Below are positions 1-13,048 of a DNA stretch of 64,000 bases, one piece after another. The stretch's first letter is position 1; every line of letters starts with the position of its first letter. The position numbers were made by a program, and so were the translations under genes. The notes beneath the pieces were generated by a model. That model searched no databases and was not told the origin of the DNA. It worked only from the letters and a program-made list of their open reading frames with translations. The stretch is from Mobula hypostoma (taxonomy: Eukaryota). The stretch lies in assembly GCF_963921235.1 (NCBI RefSeq), contig NC_086097.1:39310001-39374000 (forward strand), in the 5' to 3' direction.

Positions 1-273
1 AACAGACCAGGTTGTAGAGCAATGAGAGATCACAAATCTATTATTTTTATTTATTCCCAAACAAGGTTTGAAATGTCCTCCTGTGCAGTTGTAATGATAT
101 GAAATCTAAGAACTGCACCACTTCCTTTAATTTTTAGCTCATGACAACTCATCAACGGCAACCATGGTTTATGGGTGGCCCGCAGATCCAATGCCCAGTA
201 CGTTGTAATAAAATAAAAACAAAAATCTTGCTTTAAGAGCTATTTGTCATCTGATGCTGGGAAAGATATTTAC

Positions 274-462
274 CAGAAGCAAAGAGTATTGTGAGACCAC
301 GGACACCAGCCTTCATAAACTCGACGTTGATTCTCTTTAAATACGCCACCGACAGACTGTCCTCATCATCTCCATAACTGATGGTGTGGACCCACGGAAT
401 GGATGACATATTACTCAGTAAAGTAATCCAGTTCAGAAAGGGTTCCTGCAATTCGTGCCTTC
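274..462 (-). CDS. TPP1: TPP1 exon 8 ([64 protein letters not shown])
   Basis: Acceptor TTTACAG| and donor |GTAAAT; 189 bp; SYGDDE and FASG(D) sedolisin motifs. Confidence 0.96.
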
Positions 463-1314
463 CTGTAAAGGTCAAATTGTAGATCGTCATAGATTCAACA
501 TTGATTCCAGACAGAAAACAGAGTACGTCCTTTTTGGCACGGAAGGCAGTGAATGTTGAGATACCACAGAGAGCAGTGCTCGAACCCCATCTCTTTCATT
601 CACAACACCCAACTAACCATTCTCAATACAATTCAATGCTTTGGGTGAGTGAACCAAATGTAGTCTTTCTATGTCTGCAGATGTCACAAGTCTAGTAGGA
701 TTGTGAATTACAAGGAGGCTTCCGGGCAATTCAGAAAGTTCGAGTAAATGGGCAAATGCACTAAAGATTCAGTAGTAACAGAGATAGCATTAAGCATACC
801 ACTAAGGTAAGAAAAGGAAGAACGTTGGTTAAATGATGATAGTTTGTGAAATGTTGATATGCAAAAGGGATCTAAGAATCCAGTCACTGAAAGCAAATGC
901 GCAAGCTAGCAGGCAATCCATCTTACTACAATTATATCATTGGGTGCAGTTTCAGCCTTGTTACACAGGGAGGAGTATATCTGCCACAGAGGGAATGTAA
1001 AGAAAAGTTCAGCTGACTAAGTTTTGGAGATAGCTGGAGTATTGTCTGAGGAGAAGTTGGGCTGACAAGACCTCTATTCACTGGAGTTCAGAAGCCTAGG
1101 AAGCATACCCATCCAACAAAATACTGATGTGCGGAGAATGAGGCAACTAGAATGGGGCATTACAGTCTCAAGGTTAAGATATTTTGGCCTGAGAAGGGGA
1201 GAAATATCCACACTCAGAAGGTAGCGAAGGCCAAGTTACTGAATATTTTTTGAGGAATATGAGACAGAGAATGTCATAATCATATTGAATGGCACAGAGT
1301 TATGAAGGACCAAA

Positions 1315-1472
1315 TCATAAACACGAGGGATTCTACTGACGCTGGAAATCCAGAGTAACACATAATTCTGGATGAACTCAGCAGGTCAGGCAGCATCTAC
1401 GGAGAGGAATAAATAATTGACCCTTTGGGCCAAGACCTGCTGAGTTCCTCCAGAATTTTGAGTGTTTTGCTG
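1315..1472. mobile_element. Short fold-back of a Penelope-like 3' terminus (old)
   Basis: Inverted arms ACACATAATTCTGGATGAACTCAGCAGGTC / GACCTGCTGAGTTCCTCCAGAATTTTGAGTGT; same terminal motif as 28132-29333. Confidence 0.65.
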
Positions 1473-2304
1473 CGCGAACTGGCCCACTGCTTCTCCTATC
1501 TAAAAAAAAATCAAAATTTAAATCTTTCTTTGTAATAATTTTGATAATCTGCAAACTTCTTAAGCAAACTAAAAAATTATTGTTTAAATTAGAATGAATT
1601 AAATTAAAATAATGCACAGGCTCCTTATACAGATAGAATGAGCATAATTTCTTATTTCTGCACATTAAATCTTAAAACTGCAAAGGTAAGCAGAGGCCAA
1701 AAGCCAGAGTGACTTAGACCTTCTTGTATGCGACTCAGTCTGCTATCATGTGATTCCAGAGACTGTTAAATTGACTTGGGACTACCAATGGACTGAGTTG
1801 CTATTTTTAAATGCACATGCTGACTGGTGCTTCACATTAAAACTCAGCTGATGTGCAATTGCATAGACTTGCTCTCTGAAAAAGAGGAAGAAAAGCACAG
1901 GACTGACCATGTGAGAAGTTAAATAGTAAGAGTCAGTTGGTCAGCAATTATTTCTTCCTGAAGCTTATCTTTCAGAAATTTACTTTTAACTTAACCTATA
2001 ATAAAGGGGAAAATGGTCAAAGACTCAAAAAAAATTGTTGTACTGAATTCTGACTGCTTTGTAAGGTCACTATTACATTCATAGTATCAAATCATAAATG
2101 TTTCAAAGAAATTATCTTGTACAACTACATTTAGATCTGCCCTTGGTAATTACTCAGCAAATATACACAAACTTTAGACCACTGAACCTGAATGAGTAAC
2201 TGCATGCTGAATTATGTAATGGACAGGCATAAAAAGCATCTTTAAGTCTTCATTAGTTCCAAGCATTTTGCTTTGAATGAACTCACACAAGACACTGTTG
2301 AGGT

Positions 2305-2440
2305 TGGGATCTGGAACAAAGAACAAAATGCTGGGAGAACTCAGCAGGTCAGACAGCATCTGTGGAAGAAGAGCATCTGTAACCACAGATGCTGCCTACT
2401 CCACTGAATTCTACTACTGGTTTGTTTTGGTCCAGTTTGG
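2305..2440. mobile_element. Short fold-back of a Penelope-like 3' terminus (old)
   Basis: CAGCATCTGTGG ... CCACAGATGCTG inverted pair with degenerate outer arms. Confidence 0.55.
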
Positions 2441-2527
2441 AAATATTTGAATAAACAGTGGATTATAATATTTCAAGAAAAACACACTATAGTTTGACAA
2501 ATAGTCTGAAATTCAATAAGAACTTAC

Positions 2528-2726
2528 CTGCATTACTGAAGATCCAGGTAGATATGTTTGCACCAGAGCTCATAATATACTCCACATCTAGACTAGCTTC
2601 CAAGCCCGCCTTTATACCTCCTTGGTGTCCTATTATCTTATTTACTCTGGTGTGGTGGACAAAGTTTCCACCAAATAATCGCATGAACTCTACAAGGTCC
2701 AACTGGTGAAAATACTGCTCCAGAAA
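2528..2726 (-). CDS. TPP1: TPP1 exon 7 ([22 protein letters not shown]...[26 protein letters not shown])
   Basis: TTCAG| and |GTAAGT; 199 bp; contains the catalytic ExxxD motif EASLD. Confidence 0.96.
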
Positions 2727-3873
2727 CTGAAGGATAAATCAGTTAAAATCCAGTTAATTTTCAGAAATAGTCAATGATCAACTTAACTGAATTCTACAAT
2801 TTCTATTACGGATCACCATCATTATTTCATAGTAAAATAAATGCATCATGACTGAAAAATATGAAATGTGAAAACAAAATTAAGTTCAGAGAAAATAAAA
2901 TTAAGAAAACTAATTGCAAAATGATCCCTGCCATAACTTACTCAACAGTCACTGGGACACTGCACTGAGGTGGATGGAAATTGCAGCAAAACACCAATAA
3001 TTCATCATCCAGCTATCCAGAAATGCCGATGGTTCAGCATGTGGGTCAACAGCTGATACCCTTTGTACTCCCTTTCCTGTTCTCCCTTTCAACTCGTTGA
3101 GCTCTCTCTTGCTGCACTCTTTCTAAACTGATAGACACATTTTAAAAAACATTTGGATTCACTGGAACATTTATTATAGTACTGCGTAACATCTTAGATG
3201 ACTGGAGTTTTGCTGCATTTGGTTCCGGGTTCTTTTTTACCATTGACCCACTCCGCATGGAAAACATCTAGACCCACGGGTTCCCAACATCCACGGTTCC
3301 TCGGTTATTGGTAGGGGACAAAGGCAGGAAAACAGTTGGGAACTCCTGATCCAGCCCCATGTCCACCAACAGCCGCGCTCCGTAACTGAGGAAATCATAC
3401 TGCCTCCACCGTCATCACGAATAGCTCCGCACAGTTCCAGCTCAGGCCATACAGTCGTAAGGCATGCTGACAAGTCCTACAGCCCCACAAGTTCATATGG
3501 ATCCAATTACACGAATCCTACATTATTCTCCCCCAAATCACCATCAACTACCTTCAGATTCATCCCCTCACCTACATATCAGGGGCAATTGAGAATGGAC
3601 AATTAACCTACTAACCCACTGGGATGTGGTAGAAAACCTGAGCAGATAGAGAACTCCCACTGGAGAAATGCATGTAGCAGGTATACCATAACATCGCCCC
3701 ATCCACATCTTTGGTCTCCCTCCCCCAATACATTGTTTTGCTTTCTGTCAGTATCTTCTTCTTTTTGAATGCTGCAAGCTTTTGTACAGAACCTGATATT
3801 TGAGACTCAGCGGCAGCCAGTTTCCTTGCAAAGCATTTGGGTTACCTCTTTGAGTGATGATTTTACATCCTAC

Positions 3874-4052
3874 CTGAGCCACTGCTTGGCTGTTATTCTC
3901 ATGAGACCCAACATCACTTGCACTGAGGTTATAACGTTTTCTCACAACAGAAGGTGTCACGCCCAAGTGAAAGTTTGCTTCGCTGTGCTGGCCAACTTTC
4001 CTTGTCTTGCTTATCACAGATTTTTGAGGAGGGAATCGATGCACACCTCCAA
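3874..4052 (-). CDS. TPP1: TPP1 exon 6 (VGGVHRFPP...[32 protein letters not shown])
   Basis: TTGCAG| and |GTAGGA; 179 bp; pro-peptide linker, mature N-terminus LGVTP, NLS and NNS glycosylation sequons. Confidence 0.96.
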
Positions 4053-5429
4053 CTGCAATGAATAAATATTTTTCTTCAAAAAATTGTACAATATACACTC
4101 TGAAAAGCAAGTCTTGTTATCTCCCTTCTACACATTGCTGTGTTTTACTCTAAAGGGGAAATACAAATGAAATATATTGCTGTTGCGACAGATCTGTTGG
4201 AAAAGACAATAGTGAACACAATGCCAAGCAGGCAAGAGAGTACTCAGGAGAATGTGGCCAGGCTTGTGCAAGATGGTTTTTAGTAGAGGCCAAATGAAGT
4301 AAATTGTCTTGGCCTCTAGTTCACACCAGAGGCAGATTGCCCACTGGATGTTGATGAGCATGTTTGGACAATATATATTAAACTAAGATGCTGGATAAAT
4401 AAATTAAGTTAGGTTGATGATGGAGAAATGAGACAAGGTTAAAAAAACAATGAGTAATATTCTCTTTTTGATTGGTAGACAAATGGGACGATGGAAAATG
4501 GAATTCTTTAAATGTGCACAAGCAGACTTTCAAAGAGTTAAGAAAGGCAGAGACACTACTCTTTTTGATTATAGTTGTGAGAAAAAGCAACAAAAAAAAT
4601 TGAAGATTTGTTTAAATGGACAAGCAGTGCCAAGATAAAATGTAAGAATAAAGTAGAAAGGGGAGAAAGGTAGAAACCGGAATGCAAGATTGGACTAGGT
4701 TAGCTTGACGAGCTAAGAGTGCACCAAAGCAAGTTCGAAGAAGTTATCACTGCCCAAAAACACAACAAACGTTCTGAATAACTACATTCAATTGAAAAAA
4801 AATTCTGGAAGTTGACTGATGATTTGTAGAAAGTGATTTTAAAAATGGTTGAGGAACCAGTTTTCATTCAAAAATATTTGAATTCATCAACGCCATTGTG
4901 GGAGAACGCTGAGAGAGAATTACACTGTAAATGGGTAACTGGAAGAGTTTTAGAGTGGCTCTCCTATACAAAGCGGATGAGTATGCAATATAATGAAAAA
5001 AAAGCTGAGGTTTCTCAGTAGCTTAGTTTTAAAACTCCTAAATATCAATGAGCAGCACATTCACACACAAACACGATCAGTCAGTAGTCTGCATCTATAT
5101 TTTGAAATCCAGTATGGCATTTACAGAGCAAAATGAATGAAAACATAAATTCTACACGATTGACATTTACTGCCAGCTAGGTTTAATTTATCTTTTGCCA
5201 ATATTTTCAGTGAGCTTTTGTTTTGGTTTGAGTTTGAATGGAAAAATCTAAGCTCTATCTATATGTTAATTATCAAAAGAAATTATTGGATGCCCTTCTT
5301 CACAACCTCCCTTCACATTCATCAGCTACTGCAAGATTCAATCGATCTTTCCATCAAAGTAGCAGACAGCCAACTAACCAAAACAACCAGCTGTTCAACT
5401 AAAACAATTACTCAGAGAAAGAATGATAG

Positions 5430-7487
5430 ACAGGAGTACAGGAAGGGGTAATACTTCACTTGCAGGAGGCAGGTGAGTGTGTGGAGAGGAAAAGGGAGTA
5501 GGCAGACGGACGGACAGTCCAAAGTACCTCAGTGGCCAGTCCCCTCAAGAACAATTATACTTGGGTACTGCTGGGGAGATCGTCCAGCAGGGAAAGCTGC
5601 AGCAACCAGGTCTCTGGCACTGAGTATGACTCAGTGGATCAGGAGCGAAGGGGGAAGAAGAGGGGAGTGGTAGTGATGGGTGATTCAGTGGGGGAGGCAT
5701 ACAGATCTCTTAGGAGAGCTAGAAAGGGGCATGAGAATGCCTCGTTGAGCAGGATTAAGGAAAACCTTAAAGCTTTCAAAACATACGTAAAGATCAGAAG
5801 GTTTACTGGAGTGAGGCTGGGCCCTGTCAGGAATAAAAGAGGAACGTGCCTGGAATCAGAGGAGGCAAGGGAGATCCTTAAGGAATTCTTTGCTTCAGTA
5901 TTCACCAATGAGAGGGACTCGAATGAACATGAGGACAGTGTAGAACAGGCCAATATGCTGAAACGTGTTAACAAAGAGGATGTGTTGGAACACTTGGGAA
6001 ACATTAGGATATACAAGTCTCCAGGGTCAGACAGGAAGTACCCCAGGTGACCACAGGAAGAGATTGCTGTGGCTTTGACAATGATCTCTGTGTTCTCATT
6101 GGCAACAGGAGTAGTGCTATTGGATTGGAAGGTGCCAGGAAAGGTTACAGGAACAATAGACCAGTGAGTCTTACATCAATGGTGGGCAAACTATTGGAGA
6201 GGATTCTTAAGAGACAGAATTTACCAGCATTTGGAGAAGCATAGCCTGATTAGGTATGGTTTTGGGAGGGACATGTTGTGTCCCATAAGTCAGATTGAAT
6301 GCTTTGAGGAAGTGACGGAACAAATAGTTGAAGGTGGAGCAGTGGATCTGATGTATATGGATTTTATTAAAGCATTTGATAAGGTTCCCAAAGGTAGACT
6401 CATTCAGGAAGTCAGTATGTCTGGGATTCAGGGAAACCTGGCTGCCTGGATTCAGAATTGTCTTTCCCACAGATGGCAGAGGGTGGTAGCAGATGGAGCA
6501 TATTTTTCCTGGAGATCGGTGACCAGTGGTGTTCCTCAGGGATCTGCTCTGGGCCCCCAGCTCTTTGTGATTTTTATAAATGACTTGATGAAGAAGTGGA
6601 AGAGTGGGTTACTAAGTTTGCATCCGACACGAAGGTTGATGGTGTTGTGGATGGTGCAGAAGGTTGTTGAAGGTTACAATGGGACACTGATAGGATGCAG
6701 AGCTGGTCTGTCAAGTGGTATTAGGAGTTTAATCTGGAAAAATATGGACTGATACACTTTGGAAGGTCGAACTTGAAGGCAGAGAACAGGGTTAATGGTA
6801 AGATTCTTAGCAGTGTGGAAGAACAGAAGGATCTTGTGGTCCACACCCACAGAAACCCCGAAGTTGCCACACATGTTGATAGGGTTGTTAAGAAGGCCTA
6901 TGGTGAGTTGGCCTCGTTAGTTGACGGATTGAGTTCAAGAGCTGCAAGTTAACGTTGCAGCTTTATAAACCCTGGTTAGACCACACTTGGAGTATTGTGT
7001 TCAGTTTTGGTTGCTTCATCATAGGAAGGAGGTGGAAGCTTTACAGAGAGCGCAGAGGAGATTTACCAGGTGCTTCCTGGATTAGAAGCATATCTTATGA
7101 GGAAAGCTTTAGTGATCTAGGGCTTTTTTCTTTGGAATGAAAGAGATAAAAGTGACTTGAAAGCATTGTATAAGATGATAAGCATAAACAGAGTGGACAG
7201 CCAGTTCCTTTTCCCCAGGTCAGGAATAGCTCATATGAGATTACATAATGGAAGAAATTATAGGGGAAAATCTGAGCTAGGTGTTTCATTTTACAGAGAG
7301 TGGTGGGTACGTGGAATGTGCCGTCAGGGGTGGTGCTGCTCTAGAGCCGTTTAAGAGACTCTTGGATCGGCACATGGACGAAAGAAAAATGAAGGAAAGC
7401 TTTAGACTGATCTTGGAGTAAGTCAACAGTCTGGTGCAATATCGTGGGCACAAGGGACTTTACTGTGCAGTACTGTTCTGTGTTCTA
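5430..7487 (+). mobile_element. CR1 LINE, internally deleted and degenerate
   Basis: Frameshifted ORF2 pieces [34 protein letters not shown] and [14 protein letters not shown]; typical CR1 3' end. Confidence 0.9.
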
Positions 7488-7528
7488 ACACTAACGGTGT
7501 CCATGAGGATATTGTTATAATTGCTCAC

Positions 7529-7650
7529 CAAAATCAATATGTTTTGCCACTCCATCAGGGACTTCATATCTAGAATTAGATCGTATCAGGGTCTGATGGC
7601 CATTTGTGTAACGATTAAACTTTGATCCCGTCAACAGATTTTCAGCAGTG
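7529..7650 (-). CDS. TPP1: TPP1 exon 5 (TAENLLTGSKFNRYTNGHQTLIRSNSRYEVPDGVAKHIDF)
   Basis: Not in the ORF track. TTTCAG| and |GTGAGC; 122 bp, phase 2 to 1; aligns to human QAELLLPGAEFHHY...APHVDF. Confidence 0.93.
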
Positions 7651-7814
7651 CTGAAATAGAGGATAAAAGACAATGCTGTCACAATTCATACAGTAACAAT
7701 CCATGAATGTGAGACCAATGTTTCCTACCACCTACTGTTAAATAAAGGGAAAACCAACATCATATCTTTAGGTTGTTGGCAGCAACTAGGCTCATTAAAC
7801 ACCCTGATTGCCCC

Positions 7815-7977
7815 CTCAAAATGAACCAAATGAGAGTCAAGCACAGAAGCCTTTTTGGATGCAAACTGATCTTCTTGCCTGATATTCACAAAATGCTCAA
7901 AATGAACCAGACCATACCCAAGCAAAGCAGCCTGCTCGGATGCAAGCTGATCTTCCTGCCTCACATTCACAAAGTGA
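7815..7977. repeat. Diverged 81-bp tandem duplication (2 copies) in TPP1 intron 4
   Basis: CTCAAAATGAACCA...GGATGCAA(A/G)CTGATCTTC(T/C)TGCCT...ATTCACAAA units start at 7815 and 7896. Confidence 0.85.
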
Positions 7978-8119
7978 GCACAACTACATATACTCATTTT
8001 CCTGCTGTACCTGTGATTATTCTAATGCAAAACCCCTATTTTCCTGGGCAGGGTCTTCAATTTTTTAAATTTTTATTTTTATTTCAGCCGAGGGAATTTT
8101 TTCATCTCAAAGGCTCTCC

Positions 8120-9046
8120 ACAGGGCTTTAGACCACCTGGACAACACAAACACCTATGTCAGGATGCTGTTCATCGACTATAGCTCAGCATTTAATACCA
8201 TCATTCCCACAATCATTCCAACTAGTGGAATGGTGTCACAGTAACAACTTGACACTCAATGTCAGCAAGATGAAAGAGCTGATTGTGGACTTCAGGATGG
8301 GTAAGACGAAGGAACACATACCAATCCTCATAGAGGGATCAGAAGTGGAGAGAGTGAGCAGTTTCAAGTTCCTAGGTGTCAAGATCTCTGAGGATCTAAC
8401 CTGGTCCTAACATATCGATGTAGTTATAAAGAAGGCAAGGCAGCGGCTATACTTTATTAGGAGTTTGAAGCGATTTGGCATGTCAACAAATACACTCAAA
8501 AACTTCTGTAGTTGTACCATGGAGAGCATTCTGACAGGCTGCATCACTGTCTGGTATGGAGGGGCTACTGCACAGGACTGAAAGAAGCTGCAGAGGGTTG
8601 TAAATCTAGTCAGTTCCATCTTGGGTACTAGCCTACAAAGTACCCAGGACATCTTCAGGGAGCGGTGTCTCAGAAAGGCAACGTCCATTATTAAGGACCT
8701 CCAGCACCCAGGGCATGCCCTTTTCTCACTGTTACCATCAGGTAGGAGATACAGAAGCCTGAAGGCACACACTCAGCGATTCAGGAACAGCTTCTTTCTC
8801 TCTGCCATCTGATTCCTAAATGGACAATGAATCCTTGGATACTACCTCACTTTTTTTAATATACAGTATTTCTGTTTTTTGCATGATTTTTTAAAAACTC
8901 TATTCAATAGATGTATACTGTAATTGATTTACTTGTTTATTATTATTATTATTTCTCTGCTAGATTATGATGTGCATTGAACTGCTGCTGCTAAGTTAAC
9001 GAACTTCATATCACGTGCCGGTGCTAATAAACCTGATTCTGATTCT
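8120..9046 (+). mobile_element. Rex1/Babar-type LINE 3' fragment
   Basis: [28 protein letters not shown] and HPGHALFSLLPSGRRYR; tail AATAAACCTGATTCTGATTCT. Confidence 0.85.
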
Positions 9047-9737
9047 AAAGTATTTTTATGATGTTCAAAATAATTGAGTAGTTGTGATTATTTTAAAAAG
9101 TCTTTGGACAAGTATCAATTTTGTCTTTTCGAAACACCAAATTGAAATTAAATAATAAAATATGTACTTTCAAAATCATATTAACTTATTAAAGCTACCA
9201 CTGTCTACCAGGTTACCACTATTATATTATTGACCAGCACATCCCACAAACAAACTGGACTGGTCGCCAGTCTGCATCCTTATTTTGAGAGCCAGCTGTG
9301 GCATTTTCAAAGCAAAGTATGTATCACACGGTTGACTTTTCCTGTCAGGTAGGAACTAAGAAAAATCTTTTTCAGGTGATCTGCCAAAGTAATGTGTATT
9401 TTTTTGTTCAAACCAAAAATACTTAGCTCCATCTTTACTTTAGTTGCCAATACAGTTACTCCAATGCCAATCTTGACAGCCACGCTTCACAAATAAAAGC
9501 TAATCCATGGTCTAGTTTCTCTATTCATCATTGCCATGCTTTGTTGGCCAACTGAACAAATTTAAGATCCTGACCTTGCATTATCTTGAAGGATCACCCA
9601 TACAGTGGCCTGCAGCCTCTATTCCTCTCATTCCGGATCAGAGTTTATGCTTCACTTTCTCTTCATGTTCATCGTTTCAATACTTGATTTTACTTTTCAT
9701 ATGTTCAGTCAGAACATTATAAAAACTTAGCACAGTC

Positions 9738-9980
9738 ACTTTACAGCGCAACTGTAAGATCCAAGGTCAAGTCCCACTGCTGTCTGTAAGGGGTTTGTAT
9801 GGTCTCCCCTGTGGGTTTCCTCCGGGTGCTCCTGTTTTCTTCCACATTCCAAGGACATACACTTAGGGTTACTGAGTTGTGGGCCTGCTTTGATAGTGCC
9901 AGAAGCGTGATGACACTTGCTTGTAAAATCAAATCCTTTAACAGTACCTTTCGATGCTTGTGTGACAAATTAATCTTTAA
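9738..9980 (+). mobile_element. tRNA-derived V-SINE/HE1-like SINE
   Basis: V-domain-like GTGGGTTTCCTCCGGGTGCTCCTGTTTTCTTCCACATTCCAA. Confidence 0.7.
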
Positions 9981-10299
9981 TCACAAACGCTTGGTCCTGT
10001 TGTGTGCAATCCTTTCAACTCTAATAAAATCCTAAAATCCGTAAACTACCCTTTATAATTTTTCTTATGACCATGATCAGCATTGCCATGTAAAAATCAG
10101 AGAACTGATGGAATACGGGAGGCAGTTCATAGTCCAGTAAAAACGTCCACGTATTTTGCAAGGGTATTTCTATTTCTCTCTTCCTCTAGCATTCTAAAAC
10201 TGATCTTCTAAATCCTTTCTGCAAACGAAATTACTTGCTCCACTCTTCAAGAGTGCAAGTTCAAGTTGACAATGATTTGTCACCTGAGGGTGTGACCAA

Positions 10300-11150
10300 A
10301 GTCACAGAGCCATACAGGATGGAAACCGGCCATTCAGACCACCATGCCCATGCTGATTCATAAGTAATCCCATCTTCCAGCACTTGGCCCAAACGCAAGT
10401 CTGGACACTCCTTAAATGCTGCCACCACTCTCCCCAGCAACACATTCCAGGTACTTATCACTCCCTGGGAGTTAAAGGACCCCTCAGATCCCCTCTGACC
10501 TCCCCTTACCCTAAACCTATATCCTCTAATGAGATGACCCGCTGATATGGCTCATAGTTTCTTGCAAACTACCCATTTATATTCTGTAATTTTCCACATC
10601 TCAATTGTGACCAGTGTTAACCTTCCAGTGAAAACAAATCCTCATTAATAAAATGCACCATCCTGGGCAACATCCTGGTAAATCTCCTCTGCAGCCTTTC
10701 CAACACTATCACCTCTTTCCTCTGGTGCTGTGTCCAGAATGCTCGTGGACTCCAGCTGCGGTCAGACCAGAGGTTTATAAAGTTGGGACATGCTTTTGCA
10801 TTCAATGCCCCAACTAATGAAGGAGAGCAATCCTTTAAGCTCCTTAACCATGTTACCTACCCGCGCCGTCACCTTCAAGGTCCCTCCCTCAACCTAATAA
10901 TTGTGCCTCCTGCATCCTTCAGATCAATCATATACTGTACATTACAAACCGCAAAGGTCCCTGTACCAGTCCTTGTGGAACCCTCCCAGCCACAGACACC
11001 CAATCACAAAAACAACCCTCCACCATTTCCTTCTGTTTCCTATAGCCATTAACTCTGGATCTAATTTACGAACTCCTGAATCCCATGGGCCCTAACCTTA
11101 CAATTCCAGTCTCCCACATGGGACCCTGTGAAAGGTCCCACTGAAGAACG
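10300..11150 (-). mobile_element. CR1 LINE 3' fragment (old)
   Basis: LERLQRRFTRMLP and ISTWNVL translations on the minus strand. Confidence 0.75.
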
Positions 11151-11465
11151 TTAAATCTTTGCGATTAGATGCAGTACTGCAAAACTCAATGAAGGAAAGC
11201 CCAGTGTTAATCTCTAAAGAGATGCACGGGACTTGATCAGGTGGAACAAACTTAAATGTTGTAACAAAAGGGAATGGAATTCACTAAAATGTAAAAAGAT
11301 CTCACCATGTTGCATTCGATATTCTTGGATGTATTACAAAATTCTACATCCTAAAATACATTTGCCCTAACTCTCAATTAGTTGCAGAACCCTTAACATC
11401 ATTTACAACTTACAACTTAACACTCAGAAGACAATGAACATTCCACGGTGCAGTTTTGTTGTTAC

Positions 11466-11616
11466 CTGGAAGACATGAAACAATTCAAGAAATCTAAGGT
11501 CTGGACAATGGAGCAGTTTCGCACGCCAAAGCTTCCCAGCCACGTCCAAACAGTTTGCAGAGTCTCTTCCGAAGGTTGAACCATTCTGGATAACTGGTCC
11601 AGGGAGAGATATTTGC
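11466..11616 (-). CDS. TPP1: TPP1 exon 4 (GKYLSLDQLSRMVQPSEETLQTVWTWLGSFGVRNCSIVQTLDFLNCFMSS)
   Basis: Not in the ORF track. TTTTCAG| and |GTAACA; 151 bp; aligns to human GKYLTLENVADLVRPS...QDFLTCW. Confidence 0.94.
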
Positions 11617-12908
11617 CTGAAAACAAGGCAGTGAATTCGTCTAAAGAATTATTTTACAAAAAAAAACACCGAAAGGCATAGTAATTGTCACTAAATATTT
11701 TAAAAATCTACTCTGAGGAAATATAACCAGATGAGTTACATTTTTCTAAACAGGTTTGTTGGATTTGGCACAACTAAAGCCATAGAGCAAATGTTGGAAA
11801 TCTGAAATATAAAAAGAATCCTAGAAACAACATTGAAGAGAAGTTTGATAAGTAGGTGAACAGGAGTCGTATGGGGCTGTAGCCCAGGTGTGGGACAATG
11901 GAACTAGGCAGAACTAGAACTTTGCCATGGACTAGATGGGCTAAAGACCCTGTTTCTGAGCTGTAGTGCTCTATGACTATAAATATACACAAATTATAAA
12001 TTATACGCTGCTGTCAATTCCTAATTCACCCATTCAAAATGGGTTCATCTCCTCTGTCTAGAACGTCCCCGGCAGGCATCCTATTGTTTCTGAAATTATT
12101 CTATAAGTTTTGCCTCTGCTCCCTAGAGTGAAACTTATTCCACATGATGAATACAGAGTGATGAACTGTTTCCAAATAATTTGGTCCTGTACTCACTAGC
12201 CCTTCATTACAAGACAAATCTCTAACCCCGAGGATTGAATGGCAGTTTTTCTCCACTGCTATGAACACCGAATCCTTGGTGATCAGAGCCAGATACTGTA
12301 CCACATTACATAATATGTCTCACTAAAGCACGATGCCTAGAATTTATTGCACCATTTTGGTTATGTAATTCACTATCCCTCATTTCTGTTGATTGTTGTA
12401 TTTGTTCTACATAGAAAGCACAATCTCTACCAGGACTCCCAAGTCTTTGTTAACCATCTCAGCTGCATTCCTGAAGCATTTACATCAACTATTTCTTTTC
12501 TTTGTGAAGCCACTGAGTGGATTAATCTCCACCTTTTATTTTAATGCATATTGATAAGTTTTATCCAACCTAGGCAGCAATTTCTTAATTATTTTAGAAT
12601 CAGTTATTACAGCAGAGGTTCAGAGTTTGTGCTAACTTTTTTATTAGGGCAATAGTCAGTCCTTTAACCTACTTTTTCCCATGTCTCTGTAAATATTATC
12701 TTCAAAAAATTATTCAATGTCCTGTTGAAAACCATAAATGAATCTCCATCTGCCATACTTTCAGACAGATCTCTGCCTGAAAAGTTTTACCTCATGTAAC
12801 CACTGGATTTTATGCCAAGCACTTAAATTGATTAAATACCTGCTGAATAAAATCACCAAACCATTCAGCAATGCTAATGCAAAAATCAAGAAATGAACAA
12901 CAAATTAC

Positions 12909-13048
12909 CATACTGGGAAGAATCTGGGTTGGATAATTGCTCCAGCTTTTCCTCCAGCTTATTGACATTCTGCTGTTTCAATGCAAATGTGAGGAGGATT
13001 TGGTCCGTGGCTGAAACCCGCTCCACGTATTTCCACCCAGCAGGAAGA
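12909..13048 (-). CDS. TPP1: TPP1 exon 3 (LPAGWKYVERVSATDQILLTFALKQQNVNKLEEKLEQLSNPDSSQY)
   Basis: GTGCAG| and |GTAATT; 140 bp; pro-domain motifs LTFALKQQN and NPDSSQYG. Confidence 0.95.
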
